This document shows positions 1-11,684 of a stretch of 64,000 bases of DNA, one piece after another. A program made the position numbers and the translations under genes. The stretch comes from Lama guanicoe (taxonomy: Eukaryota), in the NCBI GenBank assembly GCA_013239625.1, contig MU054187.1, forward strand, positions 21,083,280-21,147,279, given 5' to 3'. The notes below the pieces were generated by a model. The model was given only the letters and a program-made list of their open reading frames with translations. It did not search any database and was not told the DNA's origin. How positions within the stretch are numbered: position 1 is the first letter of the stretch; the number at the start of each line of letters is the position of its first letter.

Positions 1-230
1 TATATCATCTGTATAAAACCATTTGTATAAAAAAGAGGCAAAGAATATTTATTCGTATTTGTTGAATATGTCAAAATATATTCCTAAATTTATATAGAAG
101 AGACTGATACAGTTTGCAGTATGTGGGAAGAGGACTTGCAGATTTGAGGGAGGATTGTATGTTAAGGAGACTTAAAATGGGTGCCATTTTCTACCTCCTA
201 AATTTTGAACCATGTCATTTTACCTTACTT
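1..230 (+). mobile_element. Old L1 (L1ME-like) 3' fragment
   Basis: Degenerate L1 3'-UTR-like sequence (…gtgccattttctacctcctaaattttgaaccatgt…); by-eye resemblance only. Confidence 0.4.
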
Positions 231-2099
231 TAGACAAAATAATGAAGATTATTAATTAATTAAGATTAATTTCAGAGGAATCTACACACCAATCAAAATT
301 GGTTGAATTAGCTGACCAATTTCTTGTTAATCTAAGCCTAGTTACATAGACTTTGCATATGAAAGTACAATGAGGATTTTCGTAGCCTTTTTATGGACTA
401 TAAGTCAAGAGCATAGGATAGTCCACTAGCTGCATATTTATAGCCAATTCTGCATATTTAACCTGAATGAGAAATTGCCTATCTTCTGCTATCCTGTTGC
501 CTGGCAAAAGTTTTTTCTGAATAAGGGCACAAATACTGTATAGACTATCTCCTTGAATTTTTAAATTGAATGGAAATTATAGGTTGCCTTGATAATAGTT
601 CATTGAATATTGGAGTAAGAGATCTCTTTTAGCGTAATTGATGAAGTTTAGTAAAATTACCTGACTGAAATATATGAATCTAATACTTTGTAAAAATTAC
701 TATTTTCAGTTTGGGGAATTGCCCATGCATGTGATTACTGATGTATATAAAATCTGTGTCTTTTATTTTGCTAACTTAGAAGACCCAGATAGTCATACAT
801 TTACAAAGTCCTTTGAACTCATGTTTCTCTCACAGTTTTGCCAAAGCCATCTTTACTTTGATTTCCCTGAAATTACTAGAAACCTCTTGTTAATCAATTT
901 GCTCTCCAGCATCTCTGTCCTAAGAGTGCCTACGTGCTTGGTTTGCAATTTACATTTGCAATTTCCAGAAATTTTCTGGCTAAGACAGACATGGCAAGTT
1001 ACTGGTGGTGTTCCTTTCTAGAACCATATTTCATGTGTTCTGAATCATTCATTAGACTTCTCTCAAAAGGTATCTGAGGAATATTCTGCTCAAAAATGAG
1101 AAAGATGAGAAAGGTAAATTACTTAGTTTCCATAAGTTTGGTCAAATTACTATTAATACTTTTGTTTACATGTTTTATTAGTTGGTATAGAAAACTAGGT
1201 AGAAAATTAGGAAAGATGGTTTTTATTCATTACATGTACATCCTGGTACAGTTAGAGTAAAAGCTAAATCTTAAGTGATTTATTGTTTTGTTCAATATCC
1301 TTTCTACAGTTTGCTTAAACATTCTTAAATTTAACTGCAGTTGTTTTTCCTGTGGACCTATTTATTTTTTTATTTCAGCATATTCAAAGGTTTCTTCTCA
1401 TTCTCTACCCATAAATTCAATGATATAAACTCAGCATCTCTCAAGGATTTGAAATTTAAAAGACTCATCCACTTCTTTATATCTAGAATCTTTATCAGTC
1501 TCCTTATGACTAGGTAAAAACGAGGCACAGGTGAGGGATTCCCAGTGTCCGCAGAGGAAATAATATGCTAGACCCTTTTAAAAATAAAACATAATTTGAA
1601 GTTACTAGAGAGCTTCATTTTTTGTGTGTGTGATCATTTGCTAAGCATGATTTTAGTTATGGATCTGATTAATTTTGAATAGCACACAGTAATTAAAATT
1701 TAATAACACTTCATTTAATTAGGTTAGGTATTCTCAAAAGCACTCCAAAGCTCGATTTTATAATTCATAGAAGCAAAAATACCCACTTCTCGTTCATCGT
1801 AATGATCCCATATTAAGTGGAATAGAGTGAGAACTGGAGGGATGAAACATGTGTCAGTCAGTACCAAAAATTATTTCGTGGTGTTTTAGCTACACATAAT
1901 CCTTGGCTCCTAAATTAACTCATCTTTTACAACATAAGATACAGTTAGAGATTGAAGACAGTGTTAGATGCTAGGGGCAAGGCAAAGATGAGTAAAACAG
2001 CCTCTGACCTCAAGGATATTAAATCTAGTAGAGGATTAAGCAAAAGGAATTTGATGATTGCACATTAGAATTTCTGAAGTAGGTGCTTAGAAGCTTTGC

Positions 2100-2400
2100 A
2101 ATTCAGCAGTTGAATGTGGGTTTTTACCGTCTTGCAGCCCTGTTATTCTGAGCTTGTAGTCTCTTTCCTCATCGTGTTGAGATGGCTGCCCTAATTCTGG
2201 GTTGTGTGGCAAGGCCAAGTCCAAGGGGGAGGGGCAAAGACGAGACGTATTTCTTTAGCAATGAGGCAATATTTTCAGAAGCCCTGCAGGAGATTTCCCA
2301 TCACATCATATTGGTTAGAATTGTGACACACCTGTTTCTACGCTAATCACCTGCAAAGGGAATGGTTTTGCCCTGATTGGCTTAACTGAAGCCCAGAGCC
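2100..2400. mobile_element. MaLR LTR fragment (MLT1K-like)
   Basis: Motifs gatggctgcc…cagaagccc…catcatattggttagaattgtgacaca…gggaatgg…tgattggctta, typical of old MLT1 LTRs. Confidence 0.55.
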
Positions 2401-2865
2401 TTGTAAAGAGTTTTAACTGAACAGAATCAGTTCTCTGGTAGCAAGGAGGAATGGGGAGAGGAATAGTTTTGTTTGTTTGTTTGGCAACTGTTAATGTCTG
2501 CTATATTATTAAAAATTTTTGAGGAGAGAAATGTGATGGTCAGAGCTGTGCTTTTTCTCTCGGCAAGTGAAATGTAATTTGGCAAAGTGGACAAGTGCCT
2601 TCTAGGTTTCATGAAAACTGGCTGTTTTATGCCTCTTTTTTCTTCTTTCCTTCCTTCTTTTTCTTTCTTCCTCTTTTTTGTTCTTTACTATTTCACTTAA
2701 CTGTTACTTTGATTATAAAAATTTATATCTATCACCCTTGTTTTTTTCCTTCTTAAATATCATTTCCTTCTGTCTTCACCTTAGTCTGTTACCATTATTT
2801 CTTTTCTATGTAACTGAAATAGTCATAAAAACCTGTCTATCTTAATCCACTATTGATCCCCTGCA

Positions 2866-3030
2866 GTTAGATTGGCTACATCATACATGAAGACTAGTGC
2901 AAAGTGAAGATACAAGGCTTTTTTTCCCCAAAAAGTTATTAAAACTTTAATATGGTGACAGCAGAGCATTAAACTAAGGCTTTGGCCCTGTGACACTGCA
3001 CAGGCCATATGCCCATGAACCTGGGCCCTC
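2866..3030 (-). mobile_element. MER91A-like hAT-Tip100 DNA transposon fossil
   Basis: Reverse complement reads gggcccaggttcatgggcat…tgtgcagtgtcacagggcc…tttaatgctctgctgtc…tttgcactag…tgtagcc, collinear with the recalled MER91A consensus. Confidence 0.7.
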
Positions 3031-3229
3031 CCTGCTTTAGGGTTTGTCCTCCATCCTATCCCCAAAGAGATCTTTCCATTGTTCTTACTTAGGAGGAGTA
3101 CTTACATCCTTAACATGAGCTAAGTGTTATCACACTAATTCTCCATATGCACCTGCAACACGCTAGTCCCTGCTCTGAACTCTAGTCTCCAGCCACGGTA
3201 GTTTTCTTTCACTGTCCCTCTTACCACCA

Positions 3230-3580
3230 AACCACTGGACATTTGCACATGCTGTTTTTGCTCTGCCCATACCTCCTGTCATATTTATCTTTCAAATCCT
3301 ATCATTCATAACATTCTCTTAAAATCTCCACTGACTTCATAACCATGGCAAATTTCCATCATGTGGCACTGGTTTTTGGTAGCAATTGTTAACATTTTTA
3401 AATAAGTTTATTTTTGTCTTACAGACCTTTTTTCCCCACTATCTTCCTGGCCATTTGATCAGGATGATCAAGTGTTTTTATTTGCTGATTAAAATCTTAC
3501 TGCCTACTACAGTGCCAGGCATAGTGAAGGGTCTCAGTAAACATTCAGCAATTGAATGGCAGAATGAGGGTAATGAGGAA
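3230..3580 (+). mobile_element. L2 LINE 3' fragment
   Basis: tttgcacatgctgtt…cagtgccaggcatagtgaagggtctcagtaaacatt…gaatg, the L2 3' terminus. Confidence 0.6.
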
Positions 3581-5330
3581 GGAGTGGAGAATAGGACAAA
3601 TACAGTTTTTGTCACAATAATGTTTAATAACAGGCAAATAATAGTGAGATTCTATGAAGCTAATGCATCAGTTTCATTAACTGTAACATTTAAAAATATT
3701 TGAAATTAAATCAATGGAAGATGATTTATCACTTTATTTCTTGTATGGTTTACAGGTTTTATTTGTGCAGAATAGAATGGCTAGCCAACACAGGTTAGTT
3801 TTGATACGAATAAGACTGTTTTGCTTAGGAATGGCCAGGAACAGAGTTAAGTGAATTGAAGTGCTTAACACACTCTTTGCCTTGATCCTCAACCAAGAGC
3901 TTTCTCGTAAGTAAATCTGAAATACACACACGCTTCCCTGCTTGGCTGAGTCTTAGCCAGTCGTACGATTGCATCGGGGCTGGAACACAGCGTTCAAGTC
4001 GGAATCTTGAAGGGTCAGCTCCCTTCTTCGTTCATAGGATAAATATTGGTTCTCCTGATACATAAAAGAGAGAAATGGTTATATTTATTCGCGACACTAA
4101 GACTGTTTTAAGTCAGCTGGAAAGAGTGTCTCAGTAGTTCTTCATGGTACTTTGTCTTCCCGGTGAATGTAGTTGGTAAAGTTTTTCTGAGAAATGTTTG
4201 ACTTTTCCAGAGGGTCAGGTTTTGCCCTTGGTCTGAAGGTAGTTTTAATACTTGTAATAAAAAGAATCTAAGCTGCATTTATGTTGTGAATAGCTGACTA
4301 AATGCATAACCTTTTCTCCTGCTGAGGAGAAGGACCGCAGTTCCTTTTCATTGTCTGTGATAGCGAGGCCCCAGGGAGGGCTTCCTTAACTTCCTCTGTA
4401 GGTTGCTGTAGATACCAAGTGACATGCTCAGAAGTGCTTTGCTGGTCATCTTTTTAACTTCGCATTCCTTTAATCATAGCTAGGAGACAGTTCTTTTAGA
4501 AAGTTTCGATATTTTCCAAAGGAAAGTAAAGCTTTTATTAGCAATTTTTGAGTCATTGGTGCATAGATAAAACTTAGGAAAGATGAAACTATTTGAGATG
4601 AAGAAATGCGTTTTTTTCTCATCCTTTCATCACTTAAATATGTTAGAATGTGTTCCTGTTAAACTTCCAAAGAAAATGTATCTTTTGAGTGGTGTTAATC
4701 ATAAAAGAATTTTTTTTCAAATGGTACAAATTCTCTAAGGAACTTTGTGAAAATCACATTCAGACATGTTTTGTTCTCTTTCTTGTTCTCCAATTGATTC
4801 TGAAATATATATGTGAGATTCTTGCAAGACACTTAAAAAGCATGAGTGGTGTCAGCGTACCTAAGCCTTGAAATAAAATGGTTTTCATTTTAAAACAAAC
4901 CGGGTGAATACTTTCTTCATAGTCAAATTCCAACATTTACAGTTGAAATTCCGACTTTCTGTAGTTGTATTGATTTTGCAGGAAAGCGCACACATCTATC
5001 AAAGTCAGAATAATGATATCAGCTTCAGATTCACTGTCTTTTGCTTAGGGTTTTCTAATACCAACTGATAATCTGTGCTGTCTAATCTACAGTGATATGA
5101 ACTATAGGTAGGTACATGATGGGCATTTGAAGCTTGAAATTTTCCTTATGCATTCAAGTTGCCAATCCCTTTTCTCTCTCTCTCTAGGTATCTGTACCAT
5201 ATGCATGCATAGGCATATATGGCATATATGTATATGTGTTTATACACACCCATACGTAAATATATATACACACACAAGCAAAAAAAGCAAACAAACCTGT
5301 GTCCTGCTCTCAATTTATTTCACTGTAATA

Positions 5331-5446
5331 AGGTTGACCTTGAACAGCATGGGCTTAGGACTGTTTGTACTGCCTCCTCCAATAGATTTTACAGTCATCC
5401 CTCTGTATCTGCTGGATTCAACCAACCATGGGTTGGGTAATACTGA
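5331..5446 (-). mobile_element. MER8/Tigger2-like DNA transposon fragment
   Basis: Starts with a TIR-like aggttgaccttgaacagcatggg and resembles the reverse complement of the complete copy at 63716-63934. Confidence 0.65.
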
Positions 5447-6854
5447 CCAATATATATATATAGTGTGTTGGCTACATAACACAATTAAGTATGCACAACT
5501 TAATTTATATTTGCAGTTGGTTCTGAAGTTAAAGAGAAATAAAGTCATTTATTCATTCATTCAGTAAGCGGTTACTTAATATCTGCTACGTATGAGAACA
5601 CAATAACCTTGTTCCCACCTGTAGTATAAAGGCTTCTTTTCGCCCAGGGCCTTCCTGTGCACTCCATTTTTTGTTTGTTTGTTTGTTTGACTCAGATGAA
5701 CTAGACTGGAAAACTAAAAGATGATTTTAGATTTTTCATGTTTCCAGTCAAGATTGTTAAGAAGTTTGATCTCTTTTTACAATGTCTCTGATTATTGCCT
5801 AACGTATGAACTTCTGGAGTCAAAGTGAAAACTGGTGCCTTGGAGTTTGCCATGAAAGCAATTTTTACTTAGACTTGATGATGACCTACCATGGCTCATT
5901 CTTCAACTCCTTTTTGTTTTTTGAGATGTTTCAAAATATGTAAATGTCCTAATGAAAAGCCGTTGGTTAAGGAAAGCAATCATTTGTATGATGATAAAAA
6001 GCCTTTTCTTGGTATCGCAATAGAAAGAAGAGGGTGAGAAAGTGGATGGTAGGGAAAGTAAAGAGGAAAGAGATTTAAAAGCAGGACGTGTGATTTTAGC
6101 TTCAGTGTGTAGTGATCTTGGAAGTCATCAATCCTGTCCTTGCAACAAGAAAAATAACTAAACAAACTGAAAGCCATTGGCTTTTCTTGGGCACATCAGA
6201 TAAATGAGGTCTCATGGCAGACTGCCATGCTGAAATTTGGAGAGAGGCTAATCCAGAGAGTCACATCCAAGATCTACTTATGTGGAACAGGAGCCACAGA
6301 GGTTGTTAGCTGGTTAAGGAGCCTTTAAATGGTCATTTTCATGAATTGCTAGAGACTGTGGACTACGTGATTGTGAAAAACTCCTGAGCAGAACAGTTTT
6401 AAGAGCATACCCATAATTTCATGGGTTTTACCTCGTGAGGAACTAAGATCCTCTCTTGGTTCTGGAAAGGAGAGAAGAGTCATCATTGTGAATATGTCAG
6501 GGTGTTCTCCATCACAGAGACCTGCTCTCCAGGGTAAAAGTTCTTACTAGAGCCTTGTCCCCACTGGGAAGAGGATTTCTGCCACTGCAGTCCCTCTAGT
6601 CTTTCTTTGTCCCCTGGGGGTGGGGGTGGGTGGGAAGCTATCAAACTTCTATTTGTGTAAGTCAGATCCATGGGGCACAGGGCCACTAAAAGACTGAGAC
6701 TTAGTTGTAAGATTATAGAACTGTTCACCTTCTCTGCACCTAACCAACAGGACTCCAGTATAGTTCTATATATCTCTATGTCTATATCTATATGTCTATG
6801 TCTGTGTCTAGAGGAAGATTATAGCTGAAAGGGCTTAAAGACACAGACTTAGAT

Positions 6855-6970
6855 ATAAAGGAAAAGAGAAAGATAGACTATGCTTTAAAAAAAAGCTGAA
6901 GTAGCTGTTTTAGTTTCAGACCAAGCAGACACCAGGAACAAGGAGCATTGCCAGGGGAAAAGAGAGTACA
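6855..6970 (+). mobile_element. L1 ORF2 endonuclease-region fragment
   Basis: aaagctgaagtagctgttttagtttcagaccaagcagac encodes KAEVAVLVSDQAD, resembling the L1 EN motif KAGVAILISDK(A/T)D. Confidence 0.6.
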
Positions 6971-9296
6971 GAGGAGTTCAGTAGCTTGTCAGTGACAGAG
7001 TCAGGATTCAAAGCCAGAGACCCAACCTTAACCAAGACATGGCTTTGTTGATTCTGTAAATATGGCATTAAAGCTACCTTTTATGAAGCTGAGCTGGATG
7101 GTTCAAATCTCGAATGGCTCATCAGTAACCATTGTGTGGGGCTGGCTAGTGCCTGGGGCTGTATTCCTGTTTTTCCCAAGTCCTTTGCCTCACGGTGCTC
7201 TAGCCTCCCTGATTCCAGCCAATCCTCTTGGATCTCAGATCTTCCTCCCCCGTTGCTGTAAACCTTGTTTGCCTCTGCAGATCGATTTAGCACTTCAGAG
7301 ATGCTCTCATCAAGTACCCCACATCCATCCCTTCATACGGTTTAAAGTAGTGAAAAGTCTATTACAACAAAGTTGGTGATTTTGTCTGCAAATAGAATTT
7401 GTGAGTATCAATTATTCTTGGGCTATGGCTCCAGGATTGAGGTAGAAGCTGGACAGAGGAGATGATTAAAATAGGAAAGTCTTTCTTCCTCCTAAACTGT
7501 AACACAGTATTCCTCCAAGCAAAGTACTCTGCGTGATTCTTAAGGGCAAGGGCCATAACTTGTTCAGCTGTCTCCTCCAACTTGGGATCTGTAAATAGAA
7601 GTTGTTTTTAAAAATGTTAGATGAGTTACAATCCTTCATAATCATTTAAAATAGTAAAACATGTCTCAAGTTTTAGGAAAAGCTCATAAATATATGATAA
7701 ATATATTGCATACAAAATTAAATGTATTTTATACAAAGGCATGCATTACAGCATTCCTATAACACGTAAATAACATAACTCTATTGTATCATAAATTTGG
7801 CCTAAATCTAACAAGCTAGCTATAAAAAGCATTTCCATTTACTTGTTCCTTTAAATTTAAAAGAGTTTGTTACGAAGGTTTTAGATGACCTAGGATTCTG
7901 AAAAAGGCTGTCCTTGGAACTTTGAATAATGCTTTCCTTTGATCTTGGCATACATTCCTTGACAAACAACAAGTCATTCTGTTTCTTGGCCTAGAGCTGA
8001 ACTCTTTAAAAAGGAAGTCTGTTTTCCTCTTTGCCATTCAGTGCCCAGTGCTAAATTGTAGACCACTGCAGTGGTAGGTAGAGGCACTTGAAAAATGTAG
8101 TTCTGAATTAAAGATCTTCAAATAAACCAAATGAGGAAAATCGTGGACCGCCTCCATGACCACACGTAGTAAATTCCAGGGACTTACCGTGAAAGGCAAT
8201 TTCTCTTATATTCTGATTTCTGTCATTCATCATCAAACAAGTGTTTTGTCAGTCAACATTTTAAACATGCCATCTTACAACAGATGAGTGCTGCAGTGTG
8301 ACTCAGTGCAGCAATTATCCTGGTAATCACAGGGTTGGAATCCTAGAATGTGTTAAAAGAGATTGGACTGTCACTACAGCAGTTATGTTATCATCTTTTA
8401 AAGCATTTTTTCTGTCTCGTGTTATAGTTGGATCACGTAATATAGTTAATAGCATATTTGAAAGCATAGAACTGTGCCACAGTGCGTTTTGAAATTTGCG
8501 TGTATGTGTGATAGCATGTGGGTTGTGAATGATGATACTTTATCTACTAAACATGTATTTTGATGAATTAAAAGGTCTCTGTTTCACTAATTGGTTTAAG
8601 ATTAGTCGATCACTGAGTGGTGCTTTTCAACTGAGTAGACTGGTTATTTCATTCTTGAATATCTTGGTTGTTTTACTGTTGAATCAGTCAAGTGTTTTCC
8701 TTGATAAATGATCAATTTTCCTCTTGTCTTCCCTTCCTCACTATCTCCTTCCCTTCCCCATTCCTTCAATCCTTTCTCCTTTCCTTCCACCCTCCCTTCC
8801 TTCCTGTGACTGTGGATAACATTATTCACAGTCTGTACTTCAAACAAGATGAACTTTGAGACGCAGCATAGTTTACAGCCATTTACTAGTGACCTTTCTT
8901 AATCATTCTGTGACTCAGTTTCCTCATAAAAAGTCAATTTCATCAAGTTCTTTTAAAGAGTGCCTGAAACACGTCAAAATACTCAATATACTGAGAACCA
9001 ATTCAGTGGAATTTCATTGCAAGGACTGCATTCCTTTTGGAATCTTTCAAGTCCTTGCTTAAGTTTTCTTCAATAATTGCTTTTCAGTAAACATTTTACT
9101 TAAAATTAACTGTGGGGGGCTTGTGTGATGATCTTGTTTTTACATTATTTACTATTACTATTCTAGACTATTGATGCCTCTCTGTATCCTGCCTTCTCCC
9201 TACTCCACAGATGCATGATTGTAAATTTCTGCAAGACTTGTCACTTGGGGAAGCTGGTTTGTAGCCCTTTACCTCCTACCTGGGATTCTGAAAGTG

Positions 9297-10289
9297 TTAA
9301 ATTCGTAATTCTGTCACTGATGTGTGCTTCCCACGTAACCCATAATACACCGCGCTTTCATCAGGAAATGGTCCTAAATATATCATGCAGGCTCCTTGCG
9401 CTTTTTACTGTTACTTCCCCTGGTACTTCTAATTCTAGGAATCTTGGAACAAATTGTATAGATGCTTCATCCATGCCTGGATTTTTAATAATGTTTCCCA
9501 TTGTAGCATAAGGATTGTTGTACTGGTGGGAAAGGAGTGTCCTGTCCTTTTATCTTTCCTATGCCCACATTTCTGTGGAACATTCAGTGGAGGTCACCAG
9601 GTCCACTTCTCTAGATGCTATGGGGACAGAGTATCCCACAAGTCACTCTTTGAGTACCACCTTCATAATTTCATTAATATCAAACTATGTATATTTTTAA
9701 TACCAAGTGATTCTCTTATATTTTTGATGTCCTAGTCAGCATTATTCATCAGATTTTAGATTACTCCTTTCCTGGATAAATTCCTGTAATTATAATCTTC
9801 TCTGACAGCCTCTGCAGTGACTACAAAGTCACTCTTCATAACTGATAAAATATCCTAAACTCCTAGTTCTCAGATCTCCTCAGCAACACTGGCATTTGAC
9901 ATTCCTTCATTTCAGCTGATTTTCATCCCAGCTCCACCTTCCAGAGGGGAGCAGGGATTTTTGCCTTTATTTAATCTTGATCAGAAGTGTCATGGTGTCA
10001 GTGCTTCATGGGTACTTATTATCTGTAAGGCTAATTTTATTTTAATGAGGGCATAATAAGCAAAAGGTTACACTTCGATGCTGGAGGTTCCTGCCTTTTC
10101 CCACTTTTCTTTGTCTTCCTCCAGGACACTTGTCACCCCAAAATGTGTGATTTCTTATCTGTCCTGAGGTTCCTGCTTCCCTCTGTCTGCCCAAGGACCC
10201 CTATTGTTCACAAGAGGTGTGGTTTCCTGCCATTTGGCCCATGCCCTGCTTTTTCTCCTCATTATCTAGCTATCTGCCTGCTCTGACAT
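9297..10289 (-). pseudogene. VP35: Candidate endogenous filovirus-like VP35 element (degraded non-retroviral EVE)
   Basis: Manual minus-strand translation runs from ATG 10289 to TAA 9297-9299 (993 nt, 331 codons), with frameshifts near 9685 and 9396 and about a dozen stops. It reads …GMSNASVAEEI*ELGV*DILSVMKSDFVVTAEAVREDY…KNIRESLGIKNIHS/FDINEIMKVVLKE*LVGY…LLSHQYNNPYATMGNIIK…VPRFLELEVPGEVTVKSA/GACMIYLGPFPDESAVYYGLRGKHTSVTELRI*. This is collinear with recalled Ebola/Marburg VP35 blocks DLLVMT..ATAAATEAY, SVREAF, LRNIMYDHLPGF, SPQCALIQITK, VPIF..PPVIHIRS / FLGVVPPVIRVK, RACQKSLRPVP and terminal LKI*. Alignment by eye only. Confidence 0.65.
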
Positions 10290-10974
10290 CTCTTGGGGAA
10301 AAATCCAAAAAATAAAAACATTTGTGTCATTTGTTTATTTAAAAACATTAAGTAGTTAACACTTATTAAAAACTACTAAATTTATTTCATATCAGCAATT
10401 TACTATACATGTATGATTGCATACACTATAGTATCATGTAAGATTATTAATTATGGCACTTTTATTTCAGTGAAAATTTTGTTTGTGACTCTAACCCTTA
10501 GTGTGCTGTTTTAGATACCATGTCTCTGATGGTCCTTTTTAAACAATATCAAATTATAGCCTTTCTGATGACTTCTCTGCTAATGGCCACTTACTGTCCT
10601 AACTGGACTGTTCACTTCTTTTCTAGAAGATAAAATTAGAGTGTTTACTCCTTGCACTTAACTTTTCCTGATTGAAATAATTCTTACAACAGGTAGACAG
10701 TTGAAAATTTTCTTTCTTTAGTTTATGCCTTAAAAATCTAGCTATTTTTTTATTTTAAAGTAATATTATAATGGCAAGGAGTATTTAAATAAATTATATA
10801 CAGCCCAATAAATAAATATTTTCATATTCTGTATCAACACATTTTAAGATCAGAATATTGACATTAAGTATAATAATTATATTAGATTTTTAAAATAATT
10901 ACAGTGAAAATGTAATCATGTATGGTAGACACTGAAATGAGAGTGGTTTAAAACAAATTTTCTCACATAAAAAT

Positions 10975-11176
10975 CAATGTCCTTTCCCTTTAAGGGCATG
11001 ACCCAGAATTTGCATACATTACTTCTGTGCTGATCCCATTGGACAGAACTTACTTTGCCTGGGGAGGCTTTAAGTATAGTCATTTTTTAAGGCAGCCTTG
11101 AGCTTGGCTTAAAATAGAGGTTCCACTACTAAGGATGTTAATGGCTATTGTGAGACAACTAGCAGTGTCTGCCTCC
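10975..11176. mobile_element. MaLR LTR fragment (MLT1I/J-like)
   Basis: ccctttaagggcatgacccagaa…acttctg…cccattggacagaactt…gacaactagcagtgtctgcc, typical of MLT1. Confidence 0.6.
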
Positions 11177-11471
11177 AATAATAATATTTCTCTGGTCTTA
11201 TTTCAGAAACAGCCCTTGTTGGGCTCTCACCATAAGCCAGATTCAGAGAATGTAAAACAAAAAAGAATATAATCATTACCTTGGAGATTACAGGCAAGTC
11301 CCTGTGACAGGGAGTGGTGGAGCATCACAGTACAATGCCTTGTCCACTCAGGATTAACTCAGTTTGGGGTGGGGAGGGGATTGAGAAACACTTCAGGGAA
11401 GACTGGGTTTTAGTAAATGAATTCTAGTTTAATTAGCATTTTCCAAGAGTTGTAAATTTCAGATTCCCAAT

Positions 11472-11635
11472 TTGATGGGGCGTGATGGGAATGTTAACTG
11501 TCTTGATTGTGGTAGTGGTTTCATTGGTGTGTATACAACTATCAAAATTTGTCAAATTCTACATCTCAAATATGTGTAGTTTACTGTACAAGAGTCATAC
11601 CGCAATAAAGTTGTTCAAAACAAAGCAAAAGAAAC
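11472..11635 (+). mobile_element. Old L1 (L1MB/MC-like) 3' end
   Basis: gtgatgggaatgtt…tcttgattgtggtagtggtttca…aaatatgtgtagttt…aataaagttgtt followed by an A-rich tail. Confidence 0.75.
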
Positions 11636-11684
11636 AAAAAATAGAATTTTCCAAGTGAAGAATGGGCTAAGACATTCTAGGTAG

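Noticed and set aside
3772..3794. Possible micro-exon with ATG (…gcag|AATAGAATGGCTAGCCAACACAG|gttagt)
   Set aside because: The acceptor is weak and the exon too short to support without transcript data
5127..5567. Longest ORF (146 aa)
   Set aside because: It runs through a purine-pyrimidine low-complexity tract and a Tigger fragment and has a non-ATG start
9165..9684. Bornavirus nucleoprotein (EBLN) reading of the same locus (TLL…NP…PG, SFP…W…AGYR)
   Set aside because: The motif matches are scattered, need a large deletion, and no N-terminal bornavirus N motifs are visible. The VP35 alignment is collinear over ~200 aa and its stop coincides with the VP35 C-terminus. It should still be included as a competitor in the profile search.
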